64,000 nucleotides of DNA from an uncultured virus (IMG/VR IMGVR_UViG_3300021093_000048) (IMGVR_UViG_3300021093_000048), one strand, 5' to 3'; positions 1-9,444 are shown, counted from the first letter of the stretch. Made by a program: numbers and translations. Notes: a model not told the origin generated them from the letters alone.

Positions 1-147
1 GTATGCTTTTTCCGACCTCTCTGATAAAATATCAGAAATGTCTTCAAGAATTACTTCGTTGTCGATGTATTCATCCAAATACTTGTCTAACGCTTCTTTG
101 AGATAACGTTTACGATGCCATTCGGGGGAGTATGGTTTATAGTCCAT
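1..147 (-). CDS. Hypothetical phage protein, runs off the left edge of the window (MDYKPYSPEWHRKRYLKEALDKYLDEYIDNEVILEDISDILSERSEKAY...)
   Basis: Manual translation from ATG at 147-145 is open to position 1. It follows a late-promoter-like motif at 172-179. Confidence 0.7.
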   Translation of the reverse strand, partial: MDYKPYSPEWHRKRYLKEALDKYLDEYIDNEVILEDISDILSERSEKAY

Positions 148-171
148 AATATAAAATCAGTTGGTGTATAA

Positions 172-179
172 TATTTAGG
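172..179 (-). promoter_or_regulatory. T4-type late promoter variant (CCTAAATA)
   Basis: TAAATA core about 25 nt upstream of the ATG at 147, overlapping the gp46 stop codon. Confidence 0.5.
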
Positions 180-1896
180 AATCATCAGATAACTTTGAAA
201 AGTCATTACACTTCTCAAACTTTAAAGTGCGTAAAAACTTATCAACTAAGATCTCACCTTTATGGGAGATAACAAAAACATTTGTTTCATCTCCAAGACT
301 TCTAAGAATTTTAAGCAATTCATTAGTACCTTCAGCATCTAAGGACGAATCAAATACTTCGTCCAGAATAAGAAGATTTGTTGCGACAGAATTTTTCATC
401 TTTGCAACTTCTCTCCAAGTAAATAAAAGTGCTAAATCAATCTTTTGTTTTTCTCCTTCAGAAAAAGAAGAATAACTAAATTCATCTCTGAATCGACTTT
501 TTATAATTTCATTGAATTCTTCATCAAGTGTAAAGTTAACATAGAAATCCATATTCTGTAGATATTTATTAATTAGTTGATTAAATACAGGAATATACTT
601 TTTAATGATCTGACTTTTAATACCACTATCTTTTAAAAGACTTGATACAACTTGATACTCATCAATATGTCTAGATACCGTTGCACAAAATACCCTATTT
701 GATTCTAATTCAATCCTTAGATCATCCAATAGTTGTATTTCATCTTCACTATTAGTATTTTGACTTCTAAGCTTGATTAAATCTTTTTGAAGTTGGAGAT
801 TATCAAATTCAAGACGTACAATTTCTCTCTCAAGAATATTAATCTCGCTCCTCAATTCATATGATTTAGAAGATCTTTCATCCAACTCAATCAACCGATC
901 AGTGAGTTTATCGATCTGTTTTTGAGTATTTTCAATTTCTTTGCTGGCAACTTTTCCAACCTTACTTAAGGTAAGAATCTTTTCATCCTTGAAATTATTT
1001 TCAATGCTTTGCCCACATGTAGGGCAATCATCATGACTCTTAAAAAATTCTACCTCTTCGGCAAGTTTTTTGAGATCTGATTTTTTTACAGCTTGATCCT
1101 GTTTAAAATTTGACACATCTTTTTTCAACTTGTCATAGACAGTTAAATCGAATTCAATCATACCAAGTTGTTTTTGCTTTTCACACAATTGAATCTGAGT
1201 ATCATCAATTGTAATATGATTGCTTGTTATACGATCTTCCTTTTCCTTTAAACGTTGTGTTGTCACATCCTCCAAAGATGCAAGCAACTTTTTTTGAGCA
1301 GAATATTTTTCTTCTGATAATTGAAGGCGGTGGTCAAACTCTTTGCTGGTATTATATGCTTCCCTGATCTTATCTTTCAGGAGAGTATTCATTGATGAAA
1401 AAATACCGATATCCAATAAGTCTTCGATAACTTCTCTTCGATGAGCAGCAGGAAGCTGCATAAAAGGAACAAAAGTGCTACTTCCCAAAATAACAACTTG
1501 AGTAAAAGATTTGTAGTTAAGTTTAAGTACAGATTGCTCAAGATATTTTTGGGTATCTTTTGTTGCTGCATCTTGATCTACTAGTTTATTGTTTTTATAC
1601 AATTCAAAGATATTTGGTTTTATACCACGAAAAACACGATATTCATCTTTACCTATTGTAAAACATACTTCTACTTTTAAACCCTTTTCATTGATTGAGT
1701 TTACAAGTTGTGGTTTATTAATTCGACGAAAAGGTTTATTGAATAAAGCAAAACAAAGTGCATCTAAAATGGTTGACTTGCCAGCACCATTTTGCCCAAT
1801 AATCAAGGTAGATGTAGATTCATCTAGTTTAACTTCAGTCCATTGGTCACCAGTTGAAAGAAAATTTTTCCAACGAATAGTCTCAAATAAAATCAT
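175..1896 (-). CDS. gp46: Recombination endonuclease ATPase subunit (Rad50/SbcC-like), gp46
   Basis: Walker A GQNGAGKST, CPTC zinc hook within a long coiled coil, signature FSEGEK, Walker B LILDEVFD and H-loop ISH. Close to gp47. Confidence 0.96.
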   Translation of the reverse strand: MILFETIRWKNFLSTGDQWTEVKLDESTSTLIIGQNGAGKSTILDALCFALFNKPFRRINKPQLVNSINEKGLKVEVCFTIGKDEYRVFRGIKPNIFELYKNNKLVDQDAATKDTQKYLEQSVLKLNYKSFTQVVILGSSTFVPFMQLPAAHRREVIEDLLDIGIFSSMNTLLKDKIREAYNTSKEFDHRLQLSEEKYSAQKKLLASLEDVTTQRLKEKEDRITSNHITIDDTQIQLCEKQKQLGMIEFDLTVYDKLKKDVSNFKQDQAVKKSDLKKLAEEVEFFKSHDDCPTCGQSIENNFKDEKILTLSKVGKVASKEIENTQKQIDKLTDRLIELDERSSKSYELRSEINILEREIVRLEFDNLQLQKDLIKLRSQNTNSEDEIQLLDDLRIELESNRVFCATVSRHIDEYQVVSSLLKDSGIKSQIIKKYIPVFNQLINKYLQNMDFYVNFTLDEEFNEIIKSRFRDEFSYSSFSEGEKQKIDLALLFTWREVAKMKNSVATNLLILDEVFDSSLDAEGTNELLKILRSLGDETNVFVISHKGEILVDKFLRTLKFEKCNDFSKLSDDS

Positions 1897-1902
1897 AATT
1901 TA

Positions 1903-2154
1903 TCAGGAAGGTGGTATGACAATATCCTCAGGGGTAATTACAACATAATTATAACCAAACTTATCACAGTTGACAGCAATAGTACTTAATTCAACTTCAA
2001 GAATTTCTAGGTTGTCTTCATAGTTATTTGCCATTAAAAGATCACAATATCTTACAGCATCATCTTCTTCTTCAAATACCTGCACAGTTTTTGTCCTATG
2101 TTTATTGAAAAGGGCATATACGCCTCCAGTTTCTTTATCCGTAAGAATATACAT
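1903..2154 (-). CDS. Small conserved protein resembling cyanobacterial DUF3110
   Basis: 83 aa with motif VFEEEDDAVRY..LL.A and C-terminal IPP, between gp47 and gp46. Family recalled from memory, not searched. Confidence 0.6.
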   Translation of the reverse strand: MYILTDKETGGVYALFNKHRTKTVQVFEEEDDAVRYCDLLMANNYEDNLEILEVELSTIAVNCDKFGYNYVVITPEDIVIPPS

Positions 2155-3179
2155 TAGAGCTCACATGCTTCGATGTACAATGATCTCATAATGTTTTTAA
2201 TATTATTAGGGTCTACTTTGAGATCAATCTCATCTATGTATTTATCCAGTAGCGTCATGGTATCTTCGGTTTCCAACACTTCACTATCTTCAAGATTGAT
2301 ATGCAGATCCTCAATGATTTTTAAATCTGCCAATCCCATATCTTGTAGTTGCTTTACGGTATAATCAAATTTTGCATAATCACCCTTTTCAGAAACAATA
2401 AGTTTTACATAAGTGCCCTCAAGGTTATCTGGAATATGCATACCATTATTATACTCCAGTTTATGAAACATTGTAAATGGATTTCTATAAAATGTTGTGC
2501 TTATGGTTTCGGTATCAAATACATGAAAACCTCTTTTACATCCGTAATCATTCCAATATAGTTGATATGGATTTCCCAAGTAAACTATGTTACCTTCGGA
2601 TGATTTCATATGGTAATGACCAGAGAATACTTTATCAAATTTAGAGAATAAAGTTTTATCCATACCATTGGTCATTATATGACCAGGATGAGCTTCAAAA
2701 CCATTAAGCTCAAGATGACCCATGCAGACCCTAGCAGAAGTATTTTGGATTTCTCCGAAGGCTCGCTCTCGATTGTCATCACAAATCCAAGGAAGAAACA
2801 ATATATCAGTACCGTCAAAAGTAACAGTATTGGGAGCATCGTGAATAACGATGTTGGAGAATTCTCCAAGTAACTCTCTAGGGGCATTTATCCTTAAGGT
2901 ATTCTTATAATAGATATCATGATTTCCCACAAGCATATGTAAACGCACACCCATTTCATCCAAAGGACCAAACCACATGTCCTTTGCCTCATTAAGAGAC
3001 ATAAAATTTACGGATCTGCGCTTGTCAAATGTATCCCCAAGTGCAACAATTTGTTTAATATTTGCAGCACGAATAAATGGAATTACAATCTCACCATAAA
3101 ATTTTTTATAAAGATTGATAAATGACTGATTATCATTTCTAACGCCAAAGTGCTGGTCAGTAATCAGTAATATTTTCAT
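2154..3179 (-). CDS. gp47: Recombination endonuclease nuclease subunit (Mre11/SbcD-like), gp47
   Basis: Metallophosphoesterase motifs DQHFG, GDTFD, GNHD, GHL and GHYH; gp55-gp47-gp46 synteny. Confidence 0.95.
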   Translation of the reverse strand: MKILLITDQHFGVRNDNQSFINLYKKFYGEIVIPFIRAANIKQIVALGDTFDKRRSVNFMSLNEAKDMWFGPLDEMGVRLHMLVGNHDIYYKNTLRINAPRELLGEFSNIVIHDAPNTVTFDGTDILFLPWICDDNRERAFGEIQNTSARVCMGHLELNGFEAHPGHIMTNGMDKTLFSKFDKVFSGHYHMKSSEGNIVYLGNPYQLYWNDYGCKRGFHVFDTETISTTFYRNPFTMFHKLEYNNGMHIPDNLEGTYVKLIVSEKGDYAKFDYTVKQLQDMGLADLKIIEDLHINLEDSEVLETEDTMTLLDKYIDEIDLKVDPNNIKNIMRSLYIEACEL

Positions 3180-3709
3180 CGTTTGGAGTTGATTGCGATT
3201 CTAGACTTGATCTGATTATACTCCGCTCCGCCGTCTCCGTCAACCGAAAAAACCTCATCGTATCCAGATCTCTCTAAGATTTTTTCCTTAATATCCATTT
3301 GTCTTTTCTCTTTTGCAATTCTTCTCAAAAAGGCATAGTAAATAATCTGAGTAAAATATGCAAAGGGGTTACTAGATTTTTCTGGATTAAAATTATCGAT
3401 GTATTGAATACAATTTTCTATCCCATCACAAATCATATCATCTTTATACATATAGTTGATAAAATTTGGACGATATGATAAGTGATTCGCAATCTTGGTA
3501 AATACACCACCAAGATATTCATAACAACGAATAAACCTCACTGAGGTTTTTCTATTTTTATGATTCCTAAAATAGATTATAGTTTCCTTATAATTTGTAT
3601 GACCTAACTCTTTTCCCTCAATAAAATAATTCCGCAATTGAATAACCGCAGCAAGAAACTCCTGATTATTTACATAATGCTGTTTCTTTTTTTGTAATGG
3701 TGCTTTCAT
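3176..3709 (-). CDS. gp55: Late-transcription sigma factor gp55
   Basis: HYVNN.EFL, NFINYMYKDDMICDGIENC and NPFAYFTQIIYYAFLRRI motifs. Confidence 0.95.
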   Translation of the reverse strand: MKAPLQKKKQHYVNNQEFLAAVIQLRNYFIEGKELGHTNYKETIIYFRNHKNRKTSVRFIRCYEYLGGVFTKIANHLSYRPNFINYMYKDDMICDGIENCIQYIDNFNPEKSSNPFAYFTQIIYYAFLRRIAKEKRQMDIKEKILERSGYDEVFSVDGDGGAEYNQIKSRIAINSKR

Positions 3710-3732
3710 AAATGAGGAATTTTGCTGTTATC

Positions 3733-3760
3733 ATTATAACACACTTGACAAGGTTGTCAA
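3733..3760 (-). promoter_or_regulatory. Host sigma70-type early promoter for gp55-gp47-gp46 (TTGACA-N16-TATAAT)
   Basis: Perfect -35 (3760-3755) and -10 (3738-3733) hexamers, about 24 nt upstream of the gp55 ATG. Confidence 0.8.
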
Positions 3761-3773
3761 TATTAACTAGAAT
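3745..3773 (+). promoter_or_regulatory. Divergent, antisense sigma70-type promoter (TTGACA-N17-TAGAAT)
   Basis: -35 at 3745-3750 and -10 at 3768-3773. It points into the 3' end of the 143-aa gene. Confidence 0.5.
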
Positions 3774-3781
3774 CAACACTG

Positions 3782-4213
3782 TCAAGGTTGAAAAGAATTT
3801 TTATATATTTTTTCAAAGAGTCTACGTGCATCATTGATTGTGCCACGATATCCCATCCCCTCGTCCAGCGTTACTCTTTGACGATCTATGTTTTTTGGAT
3901 CTTCTCCATTAATGTAAGCTTCATACATTAGTATCGTCTCATTAGACATTGTTGCTAGTGAGATGATATCTTTTTCTCTCAAAATAAAAAACTCTTCATC
4001 ACTCAGTTGCATCCAGTGAGAAAATCCCATGCCTTTGGCAACTTTACCCTTATCTAATTCTCTTGTAAATATTTCTATAAGTACTGGATTTGTTAGAAAA
4101 ACAATTGTTTCTCCACCATCTTCAGTCAATACAGCTTTGGACAATAATTCCTCACCACTGGCGAGTTTGAATATTCCATAAAATTCTTCGTCATGTTTTG
4201 CGTAGTTAATCAT
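3782..4213 (-). CDS. Conserved T4-like cyanophage protein, probably a small beta-barrel (Sm-like) fold
   Basis: 143 aa with a KL.SGEE motif, in the usual position between uvsW and gp55. Confidence 0.7.
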   Translation of the reverse strand: MINYAKHDEEFYGIFKLASGEELLSKAVLTEDGGETIVFLTNPVLIEIFTRELDKGKVAKGMGFSHWMQLSDEEFFILREKDIISLATMSNETILMYEAYINGEDPKNIDRQRVTLDEGMGYRGTINDARRLFEKIYKNSFQP

Positions 4214-5675
4214 AAGCTTTTAATTTTACTTCTATGATTTCATAATTAAATTTTTCTTGATTATAAACTTTAATCCGTTCTGTTAAATGATTAAGAGTAT
4301 AATTATTTCCACGATTTGTAGAAATATCATCAGCAATATCATATAGAGTTGCTTGGGATTTATTTTCCCCCTTTCTTAGGACTCTTCCAATTGATTGGAG
4401 ATTTCTGATTCTTGATTTACTAGGGGAAGCAAAGATAACATTATGTAGATTTCTAATATTAATACCAGTAGAAAAAGTGCCGTAAGAAGCAACGATGATG
4501 GCATTATTTTCTTTCTCCGTTAGAATGCGAATCTCTTCGCGGTCATTTACACCTACGCCACCATGCACAAGATAAACTGGTTTATCTGTGTTACTATTTA
4601 TTAAATCGTATAAGGGCACTCCATGGCGATCAACATAGTTGAAAAGAACCAAAGTATTACCTTTTAAATCTTTTGCAAGGTTACGAATAAATCTATTTCT
4701 CCAAGGATGCTCAACTAAATAATCTATCTCGTTTTGATATCCTTCAAAGATCTTTTCTTCGTGTTTTAGTAAAACAATTTTTACTTTTAATCTGGATACA
4801 TGTCCAGCATCCATAAGATCTTTTGTCTTGGTTACTTGGGAGCATCTACCAAATACACCTTCTAAAACTAGTTGATTAACATTAGTACCATCTAATGTTC
4901 CTGTAAACCCTATACGGTATTTACATTCATGCAGCTTAGACATCAGAGAAGTAAGAGATTTAGCTTTGAAAAGGTGAGCCTCGTCACCGATTACAACGTC
5001 AAAGCGATCAAACCATTTACGAGGTTCTTTGTAGATAGATTGCCAAGTGGTAATTACTACGCTGTGATTCGTGTATTTTTCTTGCCCCGCATATATACGG
5101 TGGCAATATTCGGACGCCATCCATCCATATTCCTCAAAGTCTTTATACATTTGCTCAACCAAAGAAGTGGTCGGCACGACGATTAATACATTTCTATTAC
5201 TATTCACATGATAACGCACTAATGCATAAATCATCAGAGATTTACCAGAAGCTGTCGGTGATAATAAGAGTCTTCTATTATATCGTAGTGCCTCGTATAA
5301 AGCTCTATACTGATAATCCCGAACGTGATGAGGTAGACCCAGAGATTTTACGAAAGATGCTACCCCCTCAGGAGTAATAAATTCATTTTTTTCTTCTGGA
5401 TGCCCAAAAAATTTAGAGTCTTCAAACTCATAAGAGTATCCTCTTTCCTTTGCCCAGTCTGTGAGATAACTTACAAGTCCACAGTAAATTTCTCCTGTAC
5501 CTGGCGAGTATAATCTTATCCTTCCATCCCAACCTTTATATCTTTTATTTCTCTGCATAAATTTAGCAGATTCTACCTCAAAGGTAAAAAAGTCTGCTAA
5601 TTCATAATTAATGTGTGGCTCTGTTGCTACTTTTAAATATACTTCGTTTTTCTTGCTAATGATAAGATCAGACAT
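4206..5675 (-). CDS. uvsW: DNA helicase UvsW (superfamily 2)
   Basis: SPTASGKS, DEAH, TGT and QSIGRVLR motifs; next to uvsY. Confidence 0.96.
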   Translation of the reverse strand: MSDLIISKKNEVYLKVATEPHINYELADFFTFEVESAKFMQRNKRYKGWDGRIRLYSPGTGEIYCGLVSYLTDWAKERGYSYEFEDSKFFGHPEEKNEFITPEGVASFVKSLGLPHHVRDYQYRALYEALRYNRRLLLSPTASGKSLMIYALVRYHVNSNRNVLIVVPTTSLVEQMYKDFEEYGWMASEYCHRIYAGQEKYTNHSVVITTWQSIYKEPRKWFDRFDVVIGDEAHLFKAKSLTSLMSKLHECKYRIGFTGTLDGTNVNQLVLEGVFGRCSQVTKTKDLMDAGHVSRLKVKIVLLKHEEKIFEGYQNEIDYLVEHPWRNRFIRNLAKDLKGNTLVLFNYVDRHGVPLYDLINSNTDKPVYLVHGGVGVNDREEIRILTEKENNAIIVASYGTFSTGINIRNLHNVIFASPSKSRIRNLQSIGRVLRKGENKSQATLYDIADDISTNRGNNYTLNHLTERIKVYNQEKFNYEIIEVKLKAYD

Positions 5676-5678
5676 AAA

Positions 5679-6107
5679 TCACATGCCATTTTTAAATTTC
5701 TCCCACTCAATAGCATTTTTGATTTGAAATGTCCTGTTGTTAATTTGTTTTAAGACGCTTTCCAAAAATACCAGAGTCTGATCTATGTATGCGACTTTGT
5801 AGCGAAGCTTTTTTATATCATCATCAGCGTCGATAAACATATCTATCTCATCTCTAGTTGTTAATTTGAGATCAAATGGCACTTCCTTATACACTGATGC
5901 TGGTGCTTTACCTTTGTAGTAAATCCACTTCTCTTTGACAAGAGTTTTCAATTCAAACTCTCTTTCTTTTTTCATTAGAGAATATGTATTAAAAAACTCC
6001 ATATATCTCATATGGAGTTGTGGAATTTTTGTAGACTCTTCACAATACAAATCTCTATCAATTTGGCAGTCAATAGACCACATTTCTTGCAATTTCTCTA
6101 AATTCAT
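5679..6107 (-). CDS. uvsY: Recombination mediator UvsY
   Basis: Probable start MNLEKL at ATG 6107. Helical protein ending R.FQIKNAIEW.KF..G, upstream of uvsW. Confidence 0.9.
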   Translation of the reverse strand: MNLEKLQEMWSIDCQIDRDLYCEESTKIPQLHMRYMEFFNTYSLMKKEREFELKTLVKEKWIYYKGKAPASVYKEVPFDLKLTTRDEIDMFIDADDDIKKLRYKVAYIDQTLVFLESVLKQINNRTFQIKNAIEWEKFKNGM

Positions 6108-6126
6108 AACCAAGGATCGGGAATTT

Positions 6127-6288
6127 TTATTTCGTGTTTGTACGTTTTTTCCAGTCGATTTTCATTGCTCCTAGAGCCCATGCCTCCGATAGACTCTTCG
6201 GACCTTGCTGTAATATTTTCTTTTGGTAATCTGTCAGTCGATTTTCCATAAGAGAGAGGTATTCTATTTTCCACTGTTGGTCTTCCAT
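6127..6288 (-). CDS. Small hypothetical protein, 53 aa (MEDQQWKIEY...GPKSLSEAWALGAMKIDWKK...)
   Basis: ATG at 6288 lies just downstream of a sigma70-like promoter. The ORF-track start at 6321 falls inside that promoter. Confidence 0.65.
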   Translation of the reverse strand: MEDQQWKIEYLSLMENRLTDYQKKILQQGPKSLSEAWALGAMKIDWKKRTNTK

Positions 6289-6311
6289 ACATACTCTCTG
6301 TGGATCTATTA

Positions 6312-6340
6312 AAAGTAGCATAATTCCACAATCTTGTCAA
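6312..6340 (-). promoter_or_regulatory. Sigma70-type early promoter (TTGACA-N17-TACTTT, extended TGn) for the small ORF, uvsY and uvsW
   Basis: -35 at 6340-6335 and -10 at 6317-6312, preceded by TGC. Confidence 0.6.
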
Positions 6341-6353
6341 CCATTGCATAAAC

Positions 6354-6902
6354 TCACCTTCTAGTTTGAGAATTTTTATTTCTAACCTCGTATAGAGTAT
6401 ATTTAAATGTTGTTGTTGCGGTAAAGAAATCATTATCAGATCCAGTAACATCAAATGCCAATGTTGATAATGATATTGGCCAAAGACCTTTAAATACAAC
6501 GTCAAAATTAGCAACGTTATTATTATTTAAAATTTGTAGTGTGCCATCAGAATATCTATATTCCTGATTTTGTACAGTTCTATTTAATTCTTTAAATGTA
6601 ACTCTCTCATCAATATCTTGTGGAGTGCCTAATGCTCGCATCCAATTGTGAATCTCCATATAGTTTGTCAAATCTTCATCGACAATAAATTCAATATTGA
6701 ATTCACCATATGAAATATTTCCCTCCACTGGAATTGGCACCAATCCTCTAGTTGGAATAGAAATATCACCTAACGTAATAGTTGGGATTTCTGCTCTTTG
6801 GCAAAGAAAAGAAGCCTTCTTTGCTTTGTCTAGCGTAAATAAAAATCCTATTGGTGATAGAAAATTTCTATTTGTTAATTGTTGATCGTACCAACTTGTC
6901 AT
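6354..6902 (-). CDS. gp3: Tail tube terminator / tail completion protein gp3 (182 aa)
   Basis: Real start is MTSWYDQQLTNRNFLSPIGF at ATG 6902. Motifs F.VDEDL.NY.EI.NW and F..LWP.SLS; follows gp23. Confidence 0.88.
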   Translation of the reverse strand: MTSWYDQQLTNRNFLSPIGFLFTLDKAKKASFLCQRAEIPTITLGDISIPTRGLVPIPVEGNISYGEFNIEFIVDEDLTNYMEIHNWMRALGTPQDIDERVTFKELNRTVQNQEYRYSDGTLQILNNNNVANFDVVFKGLWPISLSTLAFDVTGSDNDFFTATTTFKYTLYEVRNKNSQTRR

Positions 6903-6925
6903 TTGATTTTGGATTCTCCACCTAA

Positions 6926-6933
6926 TATTTAGG
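6926..6933 (-). promoter_or_regulatory. Late promoter variant (CCTAAATA) for gp3
   Basis: Lies between the gp23 terminator and the gp3 ATG. Confidence 0.6.
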
Positions 6934-6935
6934 AC

Positions 6936-6962
6936 AAAAAAAGAGGGGGTCCGAAGACCCCC
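6936..6962 (-). terminator. Rho-independent terminator after gp23
   Basis: GGGGGTC-TTCG-GACCCCC stem with a cUUCGg tetraloop, followed by TCTTTTTTT. Confidence 0.92.
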
Positions 6963-6990
6963 AGCACTTCCTTCACACGATTTATTTAGA

Positions 6991-8370
6991 TCACATGAGG
7001 TTCTTAACTTGTACTCTTCTGTAGTACTTGTTGCTGTTGGCGGTGAGAGCGCCGCTTCCCTGGGTGAGACCCTGAGCGAATGGGTTGGAAACCATACCGT
7101 AACGAGTCTTGAAGCCAATCTTGGGCTGGAAGGTGTCAGGGTTGATTGCACGAACCTGCTGGAGGGGCACATATGGGCAGTAGAAGAGACCTGCGTCATA
7201 AGGCGAGGTGCCCTTGTAACCGATAACATAGTAGTGCTTATCCGAAACGTTTGCCGAATAAGGATCAACATAAACCTTGATACGACCGTTGAGGGTACCA
7301 ACTAGAGTCGAGGAGGTGTCATCAACACCAGCAAGACCATTGTTGCCTGCAAGACCAGGGGTGTAATCAAGCACACCAGCCATGCCGAGTGCCGAAGCAA
7401 CGTCAGCAGAGCAGATGAGAACGTTGCCCTTGCCACGACGGGTTTGCTGCCCGATAGCGTTAGCATCACGCTCGATCTGGAATAGAAGTCCCTTGAACTT
7501 CTCAACCGACCAACGACCGTTGGAGTCAACGTCTAGGTCGAAGATACCTGCATTAGCAGTGTTGTTTTGAGCACCAGCAACAGCGTTAACGTAGATGGTA
7601 CGGACAACTTCACGGTTGATCTCAGCAAGAATCTCAGTGCTAAGGATATTAGCAAGCTCTTGCTCAGCATCTAGACCATGAATTGCCTTGAGATCTTGTG
7701 CCATCTCGATGCTGTATTCTGCCTTGAGGGCGCGAGCGCGAGCGGTTACGGTAACCTTCTCGATGCTGAATCCCATTTCGCGGAACTCACTACCAGCGGT
7801 AGAGTCGTTAAGACCTTCAACAGTTGCAGTGGTCATGCCAGTTGCATCTGCGGTCTGCTCATAGGTGCCAGGTGATGAATCATTGAGTACTGCAGGGTTG
7901 TTGCCCTCAGCATCGTTGTTAGCGGAGCTAGAAGCACCAGGATCATAGGTGGTGCCGCCACCGCCAGAGAAACCTGCGTTGGGCTCGTTGAAGAATGCTT
8001 CATCGTAACCAGCAGCAGCTGGGTTGCGCTCGCTACCATAGTTGGTACGCATTGCGAAGATAAGTCCAGTAGGACCAGTCATTGGCTGCACACCAGCAAC
8101 ATCATAAGCGATGAGCTGAGGCATTGAGCGGCGAATTAGGCTGATTAGTACAGGGTCGAAACCTGCAACAGGACCAGTTGCGTCAGCAGCGCCAGTATAT
8201 CCTGTGGTCTGTAGAGTCTCAGTGAGGATGCGACCTTCCTCAGCGATTGCTCTTTCTTGGTTCTCAAGAAGTTGTGCGACAACGCCTTTCTTATAGCTAT
8301 CCTTGATTTCAGGGAGAGCATCGTGGTTAAGAACGGGTGCCCACTTTTCTTGGAGGGATGCGAATGCCAT
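6991..8370 (-). CDS. gp23: Major capsid protein gp23
   Basis: EKWAPVL, GVQPMTGPTGLIFAMR, ELAQDLKAIHGLDAE-like and FQPKIGFKTRYG motifs. Visibly GC-richer, biased codon use. Confidence 0.98.
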   Translation of the reverse strand: MAFASLQEKWAPVLNHDALPEIKDSYKKGVVAQLLENQERAIAEEGRILTETLQTTGYTGAADATGPVAGFDPVLISLIRRSMPQLIAYDVAGVQPMTGPTGLIFAMRTNYGSERNPAAAGYDEAFFNEPNAGFSGGGGTTYDPGASSSANNDAEGNNPAVLNDSSPGTYEQTADATGMTTATVEGLNDSTAGSEFREMGFSIEKVTVTARARALKAEYSIEMAQDLKAIHGLDAEQELANILSTEILAEINREVVRTIYVNAVAGAQNNTANAGIFDLDVDSNGRWSVEKFKGLLFQIERDANAIGQQTRRGKGNVLICSADVASALGMAGVLDYTPGLAGNNGLAGVDDTSSTLVGTLNGRIKVYVDPYSANVSDKHYYVIGYKGTSPYDAGLFYCPYVPLQQVRAINPDTFQPKIGFKTRYGMVSNPFAQGLTQGSGALTANSNKYYRRVQVKNLM

Positions 8371-8409
8371 TTGTTGTGTCTCCGTTTAAAAAGTAGTTTT
8401 ACGAATTAA

Positions 8410-9444
8410 TCATTTAGACCACATCTTTAGTGCATCCACGTAACGCGACATGGTGCCAGATGTAGTTTGTTCTACAAGGGGTTGACTTCTGTCCTCGGTA
8501 GGATCTGTTACCTCAGTAACTGCCTTGCGAGTGAAGTATGATTCCTTAATAGTTTCGATTTTCTTCCGAAAATCTGCTTCAGTTTCAAACTCAACACCCT
8601 CTGCCAGAGAAGCTAGCTTCTCTTTTTGAGTCTCTGCAAGACCTGCAGCACACTCATACACGATTTCCATTTTCATATAGTCTCCCAACTGCTTATTCAG
8701 TTGGACGTTGGCGTCGATTTGCTCGTTGAGTTTAGCTTCCATCTCATCAAGCTCTTCAACCATACCGTCAAGTAGGTTGAATTTCTCTTCGGGCACACTC
8801 ATGTTGTGCTCGATAAAGAGACCTTTTAGACCATCAAAGAATGACTCTGCAATCTCATTTTTGATACCATGCTCCACTTGGAGTGCATTTTCTTGCATCC
8901 ACTGTGTAGCAACATAAGATAGATAGTCATCAACCTTTTCGGCCAATTCTGTTTTGATTGCTTCTACTTCTTCAGCAAAAGCAGATTCAAATGCTTCGGT
9001 TAGATCCTTAACTTCTGCATTAACACGCGAAGTTACTGCCGCTTCAAAGATCGTTGCGGCACGCTCTCTGAATTCTTCTGAGAGCTCTTCACCAGCGACA
9101 AGAGCGTCAACATCCTCAGTAAAGTCATACTGGGTTTCTGCAATGACTTCTTCTTCATCGGTTTCTACGTCCTCCATTCTAGCGGATGCTGCAGAAGGTT
9201 TAGTAGAAAGGGACTTACTACCTTCATGCTTCACTGCACCAGCGGCAGAAGCACCAGCATTCTTAGTGCCCTTTGCACCTTCCATAGAATCTGTAGTTAC
9301 ATCGATAACTTTGTTAGCACCACCTTTAGAGGTGTCAATTTTTTCACCAGGCTTGGCGTTCTTGGTCACTACGTTATTAGCTTCATCTAATTCCATTTCG
9401 TATGATTCTAGTGACTCAAGCTCCTTGTCGAGGGATTCAGACAT
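8410..9444 (-). CDS. gp22: Prohead core scaffold protein gp22
   Basis: Acidic coiled coil with LSEEF..A.TIFEAAV and KVDDYL.Y. Start MSESL follows an ACGGAG Shine-Dalgarno site. Lies between gp21 and gp23. Confidence 0.92.
   Translation of the reverse strand: MSESLDKELESLESYEMELDEANNVVTKNAKPGEKIDTSKGGANKVIDVTTDSMEGAKGTKNAGASAAGAVKHEGSKSLSTKPSAASARMEDVETDEEEVIAETQYDFTEDVDALVAGEELSEEFRERAATIFEAAVTSRVNAEVKDLTEAFESAFAEEVEAIKTELAEKVDDYLSYVATQWMQENALQVEHGIKNEIAESFFDGLKGLFIEHNMSVPEEKFNLLDGMVEELDEMEAKLNEQIDANVQLNKQLGDYMKMEIVYECAAGLAETQKEKLASLAEGVEFETEADFRKKIETIKESYFTRKAVTEVTDPTEDRSQPLVEQTTSGTMSRYVDALKMWSK

Noticed and set aside
3757..3785. Third TTGACA (minus strand, 3785-3780) as an additional gp55 promoter
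   Set aside because: There is no acceptable -10 hexamer at 16-18 nt spacing, and it overlaps the stop codon of the upstream gene.
6104..6514. 136-aa minus-strand ORF overlapping gp3 and the small 53-aa gene
   Set aside because: It overlaps better-supported genes in other frames and spans a promoter.
6903..7529. Long open +1 frame over the gp23 3' end that runs in frame into gp3 (ORF track 6354..7301 and 7302..7529), suggesting a gp23-gp3 frameshift fusion
   Set aside because: A strong UUCG terminator and a separate late promoter lie between the genes, I saw no slippery site, and the biased codons of gp23 deplete stops in the shifted frame.
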